The position numbers were made by a program, and so were the translations under genes. A DNA stretch of 64,000 nucleotides from an uncultured Gammaproteobacteria bacterium (GTDB lineage Bacteria; Patescibacteriota; Microgenomatia; Levybacterales; GWA1-39-11), in assembly GCA_964452165.1 (NCBI GenBank), contig CAYVKP010000001.1:490729-554728 (forward strand), read 5' to 3'. Below are positions 1 to 10,718 of the stretch, piece by piece. Position 1 is the first letter of the stretch; the number at the start of each line of letters is the position of its first letter. Under the pieces are notes generated by a model, which was not told the origin of the DNA, did no database searches, and saw only the letters and a list, made by a program, of their open reading frames with translations.

Positions 1-1
1 A

Positions 2-280
2 AAATTAATAAAAACAAAAAAATACGGGATATATCATCTTAGTAATTCAGGACAGGCGTCGAGACTTGAATTTGCTAAAAAAGCATTTGAGGTGTGCGGG
101 ATCAAGAACATAGAAATAATTCCAGTAAAACTTGAAGATTACGTTAGGCTTTCAAAGCCACCTCTGTTTACCGCCCTGAGTAACAATAAGGCAAAAATGA
201 TGGGCATAGAATTTCCTACGTGGCAAGATGCTTTAGAGAGATTTCTTACACTGGAAATGTATGGCAAAAAACAGAAATAA
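2..280 (+). CDS. rfbD: dTDP-4-dehydrorhamnose reductase, C-terminal fragment (5' end lies outside the window)
   Basis: The frame is open from nt 2. Translation KLIKTKKYGIYHLSNSGQASRLEFAKKAFEVCGIK...PTWQDALERFL matches the conserved C-terminal region of RmlD/RfbD (GIYH..G..SW.EFA ... P.W..AL). Confidence 0.6.
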   Translation, partial: KLIKTKKYGIYHLSNSGQASRLEFAKKAFEVCGIKNIEIIPVKLEDYVRLSKPPLFTALSNNKAKMMGIEFPTWQDALERFLTLEMYGKKQK

Positions 281-1112
281 ATTAGTATCAATAGTTATTC
301 CTACAAGAAATTCAGCTATCGTCCTTGTGAATTGTCTTAGGAGCATTAGAGATCAGGCCTATTCTAATGTCGAAGTTATTATAGTAGATGGAAGGTCAAC
401 GGATAATGTCGGTGAACTTGCCAAAAAGTACAACTGTAGATATTTTGAATACACTCCAAATCTTAAAGAAGTTTTATTCGATGCTCCTCATAAAATAAAT
501 TTCGGTGCTTCAAAAGCAAAAGGAGAGTTTATGTATTGGCTAGACGCAGATATGGAATTAACAAAAAATGTGATAGGCGAGGCCGTGAAGATTTGCGAAA
601 AAGGTGCGGGGGCGGTAATTATTCCCGAAGACTCATTTGGAATTGGTATTTGGGCAAAGGCTAAAAAACTGGAGCGGCGATGTTATTGGGGAGACGATAG
701 TATTGAGGCCCCGCGCTTTTTTAGGAAGAATGTGTGGAAGGATGTCGGTGGATTTGATCTATCTTTAGGTGCAGGAGGAAATGATTGGGATCTTCATTTA
801 AAAACAAGAGAGCTTGGTTATAAAATATCTAGGACAAAAAATTACATAAAGCATAATGAGGGCAAGCTCACTCTCAGCAAGTTATTTAAGAAGCGCTTTA
901 TGTACGGCAGAGAAGTAGTTAAGTATATTGGCAAAAGACCACGAGCATCCTTCACCAGTTTTTTCCCAATAAGGTACTCATTTATCAAGAACTGGAAAAT
1001 GTTCGCAAGTGATCCGGTTACAACAGTAGCCTTTATTGTAATGAGGTTCACTGAATATATTGGTGGATTCCTGGGAATTATTACAAATTATTTTGAAACT
1101 AAGAGAAAATGA
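261..1112 (+). CDS. Glycosyltransferase family 2 (GT-A fold)
   Basis: N-terminal VSIVIPTRNSAIVLVNCLRSIRDQ...VEVIIVDGRSTD is the classic GT2 signature; a DAD motif (WLDADMEL) is present. Confidence 0.75.
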   Translation: MAKNRNKLVSIVIPTRNSAIVLVNCLRSIRDQAYSNVEVIIVDGRSTDNVGELAKKYNCRYFEYTPNLKEVLFDAPHKINFGASKAKGEFMYWLDADMELTKNVIGEAVKICEKGAGAVIIPEDSFGIGIWAKAKKLERRCYWGDDSIEAPRFFRKNVWKDVGGFDLSLGAGGNDWDLHLKTRELGYKISRTKNYIKHNEGKLTLSKLFKKRFMYGREVVKYIGKRPRASFTSFFPIRYSFIKNWKMFASDPVTTVAFIVMRFTEYIGGFLGIITNYFETKRK

Positions 1113-1990
1113 AAGCGATCAGGCAGAAAGCGGCTAAGCATAAAGGTCATCTTCTCAGTATAGATTTGGAGTCTTGGATATTTTCAAGAAGAATTGACCA
1201 AAAAAAGTTGAGTCACAAGGAACTCAAAAAACTTGATGACAATTACACTCCGAATGTTCTTAAGTACTTACTTAAGGTTTTGAAAAAAAACGAGCAGAAA
1301 GTAACATTTTTTATTGTCGGAAAACTTGAAGAGATATATCCGGGGACAATCGAGAAAATATTAGACGAAGGTCATGAAGTAGGGTGGCATACTCACACCC
1401 ATGCAAATATAATAAACGAAGACATTTTAAGAAAAGAACTTGAAGGTTCTGCCTCAATCATAAGTAAGTATAGGATGAAAGGATTCCAGGCGCCTACTAT
1501 CACTTTCATAAGAAACGGTTACAAGCTTTTAAAAAAATATGGATTTGAATATTCCTCATCGGTGTATGGAAACAGTAACGTCTTGCATAGGTTTGATGGA
1601 ATCTATGAAATACCCGTTACCACATCGTTTAAAAAGTACAAACCCAAAAAATCCGAAATATTTTTTCCCGCCAATATGACTATCTCCAATTTAAAAAAAT
1701 TCGGTATACCGACCGGCTCATCTTATTTTTGGGGAATATTCGGGAGAAGATTCTACCAGCAACAATTAAAGAGAGCAAAAAGCAAAAATGAAATAGTGAA
1801 CATGTTTATACACGAATGGCAAATTAAAAAGCCGGAGTCCGAGGAATATAATAAAGACGTTAGCTTGCTCTGGAATCCTTTCTTTTATCCTTACAAAAGG
1901 AATCTAACGGGCATGTTTGAATTTATGTTGAGCAACTTTAAATTTAGAAGATTTAAAGACTTTATACAAGATGAAAAAGAGAGGAAATAA
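1109..1990 (+). CDS. Polysaccharide deacetylase-like protein (NodB/CE4-like, divergent)
   Basis: FFIVGKLEEIYPGTIEKILDEGHEVGWHTHTH resembles the NodB-homology region with its His-x-x-x-His motif. The canonical TFDDG Asp-Asp motif is not evident, so the family assignment is tentative. Confidence 0.4.
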   Translation: MKAIRQKAAKHKGHLLSIDLESWIFSRRIDQKKLSHKELKKLDDNYTPNVLKYLLKVLKKNEQKVTFFIVGKLEEIYPGTIEKILDEGHEVGWHTHTHANIINEDILRKELEGSASIISKYRMKGFQAPTITFIRNGYKLLKKYGFEYSSSVYGNSNVLHRFDGIYEIPVTTSFKKYKPKKSEIFFPANMTISNLKKFGIPTGSSYFWGIFGRRFYQQQLKRAKSKNEIVNMFIHEWQIKKPESEEYNKDVSLLWNPFFYPYKRNLTGMFEFMLSNFKFRRFKDFIQDEKERK

Positions 1991-2798
1991 CTTGAATGTT
2001 TACTTAATCTTGGCGGATGAAAATCTATTTCACCCGCACTATCTATCTGGTCTTATCAGGTTATTTGCCAATAAGAAAATAAAAATCGTAGGTATTACTA
2101 TTGCCCAAGATTCATTTAGGCGTGGGCTTATTCACGCCGTCTTACAGCAATATATCCTTTGGGGGACTTTTGCTTTTGTATTTATTGTTTTAAATTCTCT
2201 GATCAGATCTTTTCTATCCAGGCTCGGAATTTCCGACAATACAATAACTGGAATTTCAAGAAAGCATAAGATACCTCTTTTTGTCACCAAAAGTGTAAAT
2301 AGTGGGGATCATCTTGGTTATCTCTCATCTTTGGCAGTAGATATTATTATTTCGTCTAATGGCCAAATTTTCAAAAAAGAATTACTCGATCTTCCCAAAA
2401 TTGCCTGTATCAATAGGCATTCTGCGCTTCTTCCTAAGTACGGCGGTGTTCTCCCTGTTTTTTGGGCAATGAAAAACAATGAGGAGATGATAGGTGTAAG
2501 TGCTCACTATATGGTCGAGAAAATTGATCAGGGAAGCATCTTGGCATCTGCAAGCTTTAAGAATGATAAAGAAAACTCTCTATTCTATAATTACGTGTTG
2601 GCATTTGATATCAGCGCAGATGTTACCGTTGTCGCAATCGATAATGCTTTAAAGGGAAAGATAGTTAAGAAATTTAAACATAACAAGGACGAATACTACT
2701 CATTCCCGAAAGAAAGAGACATGGAAGATTTTAAAAAAATTAACAAAACATTCTCGTTGGGAGATGTCGTTAAATATTACAAGATGTACGCTAATTAA
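1971..2798 (+). CDS. Formyltransferase-family protein (Fmt/ArnA-N-terminal-like; probable sugar N-formyltransferase)
   Basis: INRHSALLPKYGG matches the HxSLLPxxRG catalytic motif of N10-formyl-THF-dependent formyltransferases. Size (275 aa) and location in a glycan locus fit sugar N-formyltransferases. Confidence 0.6.
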   Translation: MKKRGNNLNVYLILADENLFHPHYLSGLIRLFANKKIKIVGITIAQDSFRRGLIHAVLQQYILWGTFAFVFIVLNSLIRSFLSRLGISDNTITGISRKHKIPLFVTKSVNSGDHLGYLSSLAVDIIISSNGQIFKKELLDLPKIACINRHSALLPKYGGVLPVFWAMKNNEEMIGVSAHYMVEKIDQGSILASASFKNDKENSLFYNYVLAFDISADVTVVAIDNALKGKIVKKFKHNKDEYYSFPKERDMEDFKKINKTFSLGDVVKYYKMYAN

Positions 2799-2843
2799 CT
2801 AGCGTGTTGATTTTTTCCCTTAATTCCTTATAATTTTATAAAC

Positions 2844-3845
2844 GTGAATAAGACCTTAAATAAAGAAAGTAAATCAGAAAGAACTGCACTCGTATGTGGA
2901 GCAGGGGGATTTATCGGTAGTCATTTGGTCAAAAGACTGAAGAAAGAAGGTTACTGGGTCCGAGGAGTTGACGTTAAAAAGCCTGAGTACGGCAAAACAG
3001 ATGCTGACGAATTTATAGTAGGAGATCTAAGAGATCCTGAATTCTGCAAAAAAATTCTCAATATTCCATTTGACGAGGTTTATCAATTAGCCGCAGATAT
3101 GGGTGGGGCAGGATACATATTTACGGGTGAACACGACGCGGATGTAATGCACAATTCCGCACAGATTAATTTAAACATGATGCATTTTGGACAAAAAACG
3201 GGAATAAAAAAAATATTTTTCTCCTCTTCGGCATGTATTTATCCAGCGCACAACCAGACGGATCCGAACAACCCTAACTGCGCGGAGGAATCAGCGTATC
3301 CCGCGGCTCCTGACAGTGAATATGGGTGGGAAAAATTGTTTAGTGAGCGAATGTACCTTGCTTATAATCGTAATTACGGAATGGAAGTGAGAATCGCCAG
3401 GTTCCATAATATATTTGGTCCTGAAGGCTCTTGGAATAACGGAAAAGAAAAATCGCCCGCTGCCATATGCCGAAAAATTGCCGAAGCTTCAAATGGCGGA
3501 ACGATAGAAATTTGGGGAGATGGAAAACAGACACGTTCCTACCTATATATAGATGAGTGCCTTGAGGGGGTACGGAGATTAATGGAGTCTGATTTCATGG
3601 GCCCTGTCAACATTGGCTCAAGCGAGATGATTAGCATAAATGCACTTGCGCAGATGGTTATGAAGATTGCCGGCAAGAACGTGAAAATAAAACACGTAGA
3701 CGGTCCCCTTGGAGTTCGTGGGCGGACATCTGACAACTCTTTAATTGAGGAAAAACTTAAATGGAGACCGAAAGCGCCGCTACAGGATGGTATGGAAAAG
3801 ACATATTCTTGGATCTTGAAGCAAGTAGAAAAATCTCGTAAATAA
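2844..3845 (+). CDS. NAD-dependent epimerase, GDP-mannose 3,5-epimerase (GME)-like
   Basis: The GAGGFIGSHL Rossmann motif is present. A long stretch, SSSACIYP...AYPAAPDSEYGWEKLFSERMYLAYNRNYGMEVRIARFHNIFGPEGSWNNGKEKSPAAICRK...IEIWGDGKQTRSYLYIDECLEGVRRLMESDF, is near-colinear with plant GDP-mannose 3,5-epimerase from memory. Confidence 0.6.
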   Translation: MNKTLNKESKSERTALVCGAGGFIGSHLVKRLKKEGYWVRGVDVKKPEYGKTDADEFIVGDLRDPEFCKKILNIPFDEVYQLAADMGGAGYIFTGEHDADVMHNSAQINLNMMHFGQKTGIKKIFFSSSACIYPAHNQTDPNNPNCAEESAYPAAPDSEYGWEKLFSERMYLAYNRNYGMEVRIARFHNIFGPEGSWNNGKEKSPAAICRKIAEASNGGTIEIWGDGKQTRSYLYIDECLEGVRRLMESDFMGPVNIGSSEMISINALAQMVMKIAGKNVKIKHVDGPLGVRGRTSDNSLIEEKLKWRPKAPLQDGMEKTYSWILKQVEKSRK

Positions 3846-3846
3846 A

Positions 3847-4671
3847 ATGACAAAAAACTTAGTAATAGGTTCAGAGGGTTTTATTGGGAAGCCATTTTGC
3901 CAATTTCTTGAAGGAAAAGGTGAAAGCGTAATCCATTTCGACGTCAAAAGAGATCCGAAAGAAGACGGCAGAACCAGCAAATTCAATTTTGAAGACATTG
4001 ATAAAATTTACTTTCTTGCATGGGATGTGGGTGGATCAAAATACCTTTATGAAAAAAAGCTTCAACTGTCTCAGCTCAAGTGGAATTTAGATCTGATGAG
4101 AAATATTTTCGATTCAATAGAAAAGCAGAAAAAAGACTTTCTCTTTATCTCAAGCCAATTGGCGGAAGAGTGTGACACGGTTTATGGAGTCACGAAAAGG
4201 CTAGGTGAAGTTTGGACAAACGAGCTTGGGGGAGTCTGCATAAGAGTGTGGAATGCATATGGGGTGATGGAGCCAATGGATATTAAGAGCCATGTTATCT
4301 CAGATTTCATATATCAGGCATTGACAACAGGTAAAATTAAAATGCTAACCAATGGAGAAGAATGGAGGCAGTTTACTCATATCCGAGACTTGTCTCGCGC
4401 ATTTCACACGGCACTAAACTCCAGAAACATACGCAGAACCGTATACGATGCCAGCAGCTATGAATGGGTCAGGATTATCGATATTGCAAAAATAATTTGC
4501 GATATAACGGGGACAGAGCTTTACCCCGGAAAAAATAAAGGTCATGATCCGATGCCGTCATTAAATATGGGAAGAGTTCCGGACTGGCTGCCCGAAGTTT
4601 CATTAAAGGAAGGCATTCGGGAGATGGTAGAGCAAGCAAGGGAAAATCTGAAGAATGGCAAAAAACGATAA
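3847..4671 (+). CDS. NAD(P)-dependent epimerase/dehydratase (SDR family)
   Basis: N-terminal LVIGSEGFIGKPF Rossmann motif. Placement with the GME-like gene suggests a nucleotide-sugar reductase/epimerase. Confidence 0.5.
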   Translation: MTKNLVIGSEGFIGKPFCQFLEGKGESVIHFDVKRDPKEDGRTSKFNFEDIDKIYFLAWDVGGSKYLYEKKLQLSQLKWNLDLMRNIFDSIEKQKKDFLFISSQLAEECDTVYGVTKRLGEVWTNELGGVCIRVWNAYGVMEPMDIKSHVISDFIYQALTTGKIKMLTNGEEWRQFTHIRDLSRAFHTALNSRNIRRTVYDASSYEWVRIIDIAKIICDITGTELYPGKNKGHDPMPSLNMGRVPDWLPEVSLKEGIREMVEQARENLKNGKKR

Positions 4672-5905
4672 ATCCTCTCTTTTAAAAAACTCCTCCATTT
4701 TGTTCGTAACTTTCTCACGTTGGGAGAACGGCAAACGATTGCCTACCAGTGGAAGTCTCAATCCGCTCCGAGACTTCCTCCTACCTAAAATTAAGAAGCT
4801 TGTACTTGTCGACCAACCCCACCCGGGTAGCGATAGGGTTATGCCAAAAATCGAGGAATATAATGGTGATAAAGAAAATTTTAAATCCCATGAATCGTCA
4901 TGGTATGTGCGTTTGTTGAGGTCGTATCTTGAAAGTTCACGTTCTCAAAAAACCCAAATAAGGTTTAAGTTGCGAGACTTTTTATCTGTAATTGATTGGT
5001 CTTTACGTGATAAAACTAAATTCGATTACGCCGTGTGTCTTGAAAGTATTAATACGTTAGCCGCGATTTTGCTAAGAAAACTAGGACGGGTTAAAAAAGT
5101 CATTTATTACGTTTCTGATTATTCTCCCAATAGGTATCCAAGTAAGTGGTTTAACTTTGTATATCTCGCACTTGACCGATTTTGCGCTGAGCATGCCGAT
5201 TATATTTGGGATGTATCGCCTGCAATGCAAAAGGCGAGGATTTCTGCGGGACTCGATCCTGAAAAATCAGCCCCCGTCATTGATGTTCCAAATGGGCTGT
5301 TACCGGCTCAAATAAAAGCTGCTCCCATCTCAAGCATAGACAAGCACGCAATAGTATATATGGGCACTTTGGGTGCCGAGAATGGGCCTGATATTCCCAT
5401 TAAGGCTCTCTCAATAATTCTTGACAAATTTAAAGATACTAAGCTACATATCATTGGAGGAACAAATGAGGATTTTCTTTGGCTTAAAAAAATCATCACC
5501 AAAATGAAACTTGGAAAATCTATCATCCGCCACGGGTTTATTGAAGATGAGCTCGCGATGTCCAGAGTTATAAGTCATTGCGCTGTGGGACTTGCGCCCT
5601 ATAGAAATATCCCCGGTTCCATCAGGCAATATGCAGACGCAGGTAAAATCAGAGCGTACTGTGCTGCCGGTATTCCTGTCGTGACCTCCCGCGTTCCACC
5701 TCTTGGTCACGTTGTTGCCGATAAAGGCGCGGCAATAGTTGTTGATGATGACCCGGCAGCTTTTGCGCAAGCCATTATAAACATTTTCTCAAATCAAAAA
5801 TTGTATATGACATTAAGACAGAACGCTATAAAATTCGGACAGGATAATACCTGGGAAAATTCTTTTAGGAATGCATTTGCATCAATGGGGAAAGTTACAA
5901 AATGA
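4655..5905 (+). CDS. Glycosyltransferase group 1 (GT-B fold, GT4-like)
   Basis: Shows GT-B C-terminal domain features (IVYMGTLGAENG..., E..GIPVVTSRVPPLGHVV...). Confidence 0.5.
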   Translation: MAKNDKSSLLKNSSILFVTFSRWENGKRLPTSGSLNPLRDFLLPKIKKLVLVDQPHPGSDRVMPKIEEYNGDKENFKSHESSWYVRLLRSYLESSRSQKTQIRFKLRDFLSVIDWSLRDKTKFDYAVCLESINTLAAILLRKLGRVKKVIYYVSDYSPNRYPSKWFNFVYLALDRFCAEHADYIWDVSPAMQKARISAGLDPEKSAPVIDVPNGLLPAQIKAAPISSIDKHAIVYMGTLGAENGPDIPIKALSIILDKFKDTKLHIIGGTNEDFLWLKKIITKMKLGKSIIRHGFIEDELAMSRVISHCAVGLAPYRNIPGSIRQYADAGKIRAYCAAGIPVVTSRVPPLGHVVADKGAAIVVDDDPAAFAQAIINIFSNQKLYMTLRQNAIKFGQDNTWENSFRNAFASMGKVTK

Positions 5906-6783
5906 AAAAAGAAACCTTTAATTATGAGGAGGTTTTTATGGGAGTCAATCAGGATAGGTCACGAGGATTTTATAAAAAGATCTTCTCGAAAAAACCCGAG
6001 CTCCGCCGCGTAGTCGGAATGTTAAAAGTTAAAAAAGGAAGAATATTAGATGTCGGTTGTGGAGGAGGGGATATGACGGAGTGTTTTCCATTCTATTTCC
6101 CAAAAGCAAAAATTTATGGCTGCGACGTAAGCGAGACCGCAATAAAGTATGCAAAAAAGTTTGGCACGGGGAAAGTTTCATATAAGCCAATGAGAAAAAA
6201 GCTACCCTATCCTTCAAATTATTTTGATGCACTTACGTGCCTAGATGTTTTGGAGCATATACCTGACGTAAACTATTTCCTCGATGAGGTGAGAAGAGTT
6301 TTAAAACCGGGGGGACTTTTTCTGGGTGCCATACCCTGCGAAGGTCAGCCCTATACAATTAGCTGGTTGCTAGATAAGATTGGTTTTTGGGGAGACCTAA
6401 CCTTCAAACATGTCGGTCATATTCACCCTGAGTTCACTCACGATTACATTGTAAGACTTTTTACCCGAAAAGGATTTGAAATACAGGAAAAGAGGTTCTC
6501 TGAAAGAATTCCAGTACAGCTCCTTCGTTATCTTCAGTTTATGATTCCAAAAGAGATTTTGGAAATGGTGGTTGGTAAGAAAAAGGCTGTAAAATACTAT
6601 GACAGAAGCGTTTCGATTCAAAAAGAGAGCCGTAAAAAGGATGGGCTGATGTCCTTGCGAGTCTTATGGTATAGGTTACGCTCTTTGACGAAAATTATAG
6701 ATGATATAGACGCCGAGTACTTCAAGGATTCAAACTTCGCAGCCTGGAAGATCAATCTACTTGCTTCATGCAAAAATAAATAA
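5902..6783 (+). CDS. Class I SAM-dependent methyltransferase
   Basis: [11 protein letters not shown] (motif I), LDVLEHIPD and LKPGGLF (motif post-II/III). Confidence 0.65.
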   Translation: MKKETFNYEEVFMGVNQDRSRGFYKKIFSKKPELRRVVGMLKVKKGRILDVGCGGGDMTECFPFYFPKAKIYGCDVSETAIKYAKKFGTGKVSYKPMRKKLPYPSNYFDALTCLDVLEHIPDVNYFLDEVRRVLKPGGLFLGAIPCEGQPYTISWLLDKIGFWGDLTFKHVGHIHPEFTHDYIVRLFTRKGFEIQEKRFSERIPVQLLRYLQFMIPKEILEMVVGKKKAVKYYDRSVSIQKESRKKDGLMSLRVLWYRLRSLTKIIDDIDAEYFKDSNFAAWKINLLASCKNK

Positions 6784-6821
6784 ATCCTGTTACAATTCCC
6801 ATATTAATAGAAGATAGATTC

Positions 6822-7433
6822 ATGTCAAGAAATGCCAGGGAACTTATTAAGATTATAAATAGGAAAGGCTTCCTCGAGACTTTAGTTGAGGCGTTCAGAT
6901 TGTTTGCGCAAAAAACCACATCACTTATTAAGATTTCCATCTTAAGGTTGAGAGGGTATAATATCGATTATTCGGTTCTACTAAGGGGTAACAACAATTT
7001 TTTCCAAAGCGTAAAAAATTCCATTACTATTTCAGGAAAAGTAACTCTTGGTAGGGCCACTAGGATGACTGCGGGAGGGTCAGGGAAAGTTCACATAGGT
7101 GAAAATGTATTAGTCGACGACTCTACTTTCATAATGGCTCATGAGAAAATCGAAATAGGAAAAAATACTACGATTGCCGCTTTTTGTTTTATTACAGACT
7201 TCAATCATAGCTATAAAAACGGCAGTGTTTCGGTTCTTGAGCAGGGGTACGAAACAAAGCCGATTTCAATTGGCAAGAATGTTTGGATTGGCACACACTG
7301 TATTGTTCTCCCTGGAATAAAAATTGGCGATGGGTCAATTATAGGCGCTGGATCAGTTGTTACTCACGATGTGCCCGAAAACTCCATTGCAGTTGGAAAC
7401 CCTGCAAGAATCGTCAAGAAGATTAAAAGATGA
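6822..7433 (+). CDS. Hexapeptide-repeat (LbH) acetyltransferase, sugar O-acetyltransferase-like
   Basis: C-terminal [46 protein letters not shown] shows typical left-handed beta-helix hexapeptide repeats. Confidence 0.65.
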   Translation: MSRNARELIKIINRKGFLETLVEAFRLFAQKTTSLIKISILRLRGYNIDYSVLLRGNNNFFQSVKNSITISGKVTLGRATRMTAGGSGKVHIGENVLVDDSTFIMAHEKIEIGKNTTIAAFCFITDFNHSYKNGSVSVLEQGYETKPISIGKNVWIGTHCIVLPGIKIGDGSIIGAGSVVTHDVPENSIAVGNPARIVKKIKR

Positions 7434-9703
7434 AAAGATTAAATAGTCGAGGAAAAGTTCACGTTTCTAAAATTGTCCACTTTATTAATATCGCAAACAT
7501 TTTTGTTGTAGGGTTGCTGATATTATTGCCCTTTTTTTTGTTTGATGGAAGACTATTTCTTGGGGGAGATGATACCAGGTTTTACATGGTCTACCCGAGG
7601 GAAATACTTAACAGCTTCACTCTCTATTCCTGGAATAATATTTCCTCTTTGCCTTATTACATACCAAATCATTATTGGTTGCCCTTCGTTTTTGTGGGGT
7701 CGGTGATCGACAGTATATTAAATTCCAAATTAATTCTGTCCTATTTTTCCTTTTCCGCAGTTCTTGTTTTGGGATTTATTTATTTTCAGAAATTTATTCG
7801 TCAGTTGATAGGGGAAGAGTATTCAATCGCTTTTGTGACAGGATTGATTTATCTTCTTTCTCCAATAACTCTCGTCAGTCTATCTTTCTTCCTGGCCCCT
7901 GTTTGGCTAATCGCATTGGTTCCTATTGTTGCGTATTACTACATATGTTACTTGAGGTGGGGAAAAATCGTTGACATTATAAAAGTTGTAGCATGGTCAA
8001 TTTTACTATCCTTTGTATTTTTTTCTATACCTTGGATATTAGGTCTACTTTTACCTTTATTTTTAGGAATGATCTTTTTTTTGATTTTCGTCGAAAATCC
8101 CTTCAAGAGTTTACTTAAGAGATCTCTTATTTTCGTTTTCTTTATTATTTCGAGTCAATTATTTTGGTTAATCCCATTTGCCGCCTCTCTAGTCTCGGGT
8201 GGACAGACTAGTTTGGGACAGAAGATCGTCTCAACGGATCTTGCGACCAGTTACAGAAATACAATCCTTAGCACTGCAACAGATAATATCGTATACCCGT
8301 TACTTACCATGTATCACAGAAGAATGGTTTTCGAATTTGGGTGGCATCTAAAAGATATATTTCTTAATTATTTCGATCACGTTTTACCTTTGAGCGCCAT
8401 TTTTCCAGTTGTTTTACTCTTGGGAATTATCAAATACAATCGAGTTTTTGAAATCGGCAAGAAAAAAATGTTTATTTTTCTTCTTGCATCTTTTATTAGT
8501 GTCCTTTATTTATGTACGGTAAATGTCGGGTTTTTGAAAAATGTATTTATACTTTTGGGTTATCTTCCGGGCTTTGCTGTTTTAAGAAACTTCACCGATA
8601 AGTTTGCTTTGGCTTTTATATTTATTTACGCCACGCTACTTTCCTTTTGTTTTTTAGCTATTAAAAAATCCTACAAGTTGTACGCCATAACATTATTAGC
8701 AACGCTTGCTGTCGTTTTGATAAATTTTGTGCCTGTTAAGAGAATGATTAGTGCCCCTTTATGGAAAACTAACAACACTTACACTACTGTTAATTTACCC
8801 AAGGAATATATATCTTTCATTAAGAAGACAAAGCTGACTATTCCAAGCACTACCAATATAATTGCATTACCTCAAAATATCACGGCATACTCAATAATCA
8901 CCGAAGATAACGGCAGAAATGCTTATGTTGGTACATCTCCGCTCAAGTTTTTTACAGGCATAAATGATCTGACCGGTACTGATTCTTATCCAAGTTTTAT
9001 ATCTCAAGAGATTCAGCGGTTGATTGTCAAAAGAGACTATAGTAATCTTCTTACTTTATTCACCCAAATCAATGCGGGGTACTTGATGGTTACCAACAAT
9101 GCACCTCGCGAAGTTAAGGATTCTTACCTTTATGACAGAGATTACTTGAAGTTCCAAGATAAGCAGCTTATAGACTCTATCGTAGAACGCGAGGTGGTCC
9201 GTAGCAGCAAGGGCAACTATGTAATCTACAAACTCAAAAACTCTTCAAGTATTATATCTTCCGGAGCAAGACTTGAATACAAGAAAATTAGCCCGGTGGA
9301 CTATGAAATTAAATTATCGAGCTTATCAGGTAATAAGGATCTGTTTTTTAAAGAGACGTACCATCGGGGTTGGAGTTTATATGTAGCTAAAAAAAATCAA
9401 AACCATGAATCTTCAGATTTTAAATTCGATTTTTTACTTCCGCTTAGTAAGCCTGTTTTTACGGCCTCACATGTTGGACAATTGCCTTATGGTAACAAGT
9501 GGGTGATCAACGGAGATGTGATAAAAAATGATTTCGCTAAAGACTATTATACGGAAAACAAGGACGGGTCAATTGATGTTAAGCTTCACTTGTATTTTGC
9601 TCCGCAATTCAATTTCTATATAGGATCCATTATGAGCTTCATATTTATGATAGTTGGTGGTTTATATTTATGGAAGCTAGACAAGAAACAAAATGAGAAA
9701 TAA
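7430..9703 (+). CDS. Polytopic membrane protein, GT-C-like glycosyltransferase candidate (paralog A1; YfhO/AftD-like architecture)
   Basis: The N-terminal half (~430 aa) has more than 10 predicted TM helices, with an [11 protein letters not shown] acidic motif after TM1 as in GT-C enzymes. A soluble C-terminal domain ends in a TM ([21 protein letters not shown]). It is paralogous to 11907..14216. Confidence 0.45.
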   Translation: MKRLNSRGKVHVSKIVHFINIANIFVVGLLILLPFFLFDGRLFLGGDDTRFYMVYPREILNSFTLYSWNNISSLPYYIPNHYWLPFVFVGSVIDSILNSKLILSYFSFSAVLVLGFIYFQKFIRQLIGEEYSIAFVTGLIYLLSPITLVSLSFFLAPVWLIALVPIVAYYYICYLRWGKIVDIIKVVAWSILLSFVFFSIPWILGLLLPLFLGMIFFLIFVENPFKSLLKRSLIFVFFIISSQLFWLIPFAASLVSGGQTSLGQKIVSTDLATSYRNTILSTATDNIVYPLLTMYHRRMVFEFGWHLKDIFLNYFDHVLPLSAIFPVVLLLGIIKYNRVFEIGKKKMFIFLLASFISVLYLCTVNVGFLKNVFILLGYLPGFAVLRNFTDKFALAFIFIYATLLSFCFLAIKKSYKLYAITLLATLAVVLINFVPVKRMISAPLWKTNNTYTTVNLPKEYISFIKKTKLTIPSTTNIIALPQNITAYSIITEDNGRNAYVGTSPLKFFTGINDLTGTDSYPSFISQEIQRLIVKRDYSNLLTLFTQINAGYLMVTNNAPREVKDSYLYDRDYLKFQDKQLIDSIVEREVVRSSKGNYVIYKLKNSSSIISSGARLEYKKISPVDYEIKLSSLSGNKDLFFKETYHRGWSLYVAKKNQNHESSDFKFDFLLPLSKPVFTASHVGQLPYGNKWVINGDVIKNDFAKDYYTENKDGSIDVKLHLYFAPQFNFYIGSIMSFIFMIVGGLYLWKLDKKQNEK

Positions 9704-10718
9704 AGTAAGCAAATATTTCAATAAAATAATCTCATCAAAGACTGTCAAATGGATTGTAATTCCATGCGTGCTAGTTTTGTTGTGGATTTCGCTTTCTCTA
9801 TTTTACAGTTCGTATAGGAGTTTTACGGTTCTGCAATACGCTCACTCACAGGATAAGGATAATCATTCCCGGGGTGGGAAGCTATTAAAAGGAAAACGAC
9901 TTACGGGAGTATTTGAGGCTCGAGAAAATTATCTTGGAATAGTTGCTGTCAGATTTGGAGACGTCTCAAAGTTAGACTTTGACAAGGAGGATTTGATCCT
10001 ATTCAAGATTAAAGAACGTGGACAAGACAATTGGTTATATCAAAACATGTACAGATCTGGTTCCTTTACTTCAGGCCAGTATTTCCCTTTCGGATTCGCA
10101 GAGATCAAAAATTCTAAAGGTAAGAGGTACGAATTCGAAATTACTTCTCTTAGAGGTAACGTGGATAATTCTCTCGAGACAAAGCTGGTGAATCCGATTT
10201 ATTTGACTAAGTATAAATTTCCTAAAGATATAGCTTTCAAAAATCTCAGTTCGACCATAAGTTTCATGAGTAAAAAGTTGATAACATTCTTCACGAATAT
10301 TGATTCACTATTATCATCGACAGTATTCATATTGCCTTTAGTTTTCTATTATGTATGGATTTTACTCCCAATGAAAGTAATAAAAAACACCTATAAAACA
10401 GACGGCAAGAAAATTTTCGGAGTACTGGTTGTAATTTTGTTACTTAGCGATGTTGTTCTATACGATTTTATAAATACAGGCTTAATGCTTGGACTTCTTG
10501 GTCTTTGGTGTCTGTGTGTGTACTTGAATAAATTAAGAAGTAGCTTAACCTTTGCTCTAGCATTTTTACTCATCTGTATATCCATGTTTAGTATATACTT
10601 CGGTTTGGGAGTATCTGTCGATAAAGCATCAGCTTTTGCCTATTTATTTTTTTTGACAGGACTTTTTCAGATCGTTGGTGAATATAGACATGACAAGAAG
10701 CTTTTTACTTCAAAATAG
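9693..10718 (+). CDS. Membrane protein of unknown function (paralog B1)
   Basis: N-terminal TM, ~200-aa extracytoplasmic domain (GIVAVRFGD...LFKIKERGQDNWLYQ...FPFGFAEIKNSKGKRYEFEITSLRGN) and C-terminal 4–5 TM helices. It is paralogous to 14213..15199. Confidence 0.5.
   Translation: MRNKVSKYFNKIISSKTVKWIVIPCVLVLLWISLSLFYSSYRSFTVLQYAHSQDKDNHSRGGKLLKGKRLTGVFEARENYLGIVAVRFGDVSKLDFDKEDLILFKIKERGQDNWLYQNMYRSGSFTSGQYFPFGFAEIKNSKGKRYEFEITSLRGNVDNSLETKLVNPIYLTKYKFPKDIAFKNLSSTISFMSKKLITFFTNIDSLLSSTVFILPLVFYYVWILLPMKVIKNTYKTDGKKIFGVLVVILLLSDVVLYDFINTGLMLGLLGLWCLCVYLNKLRSSLTFALAFLLICISMFSIYFGLGVSVDKASAFAYLFFLTGLFQIVGEYRHDKKLFTSK

Noticed and set aside
7675-7974. 99-aa +-strand ORF in an alternative frame
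   Set aside because: It is internal to the 757-aa membrane protein gene in another frame, with no independent support.
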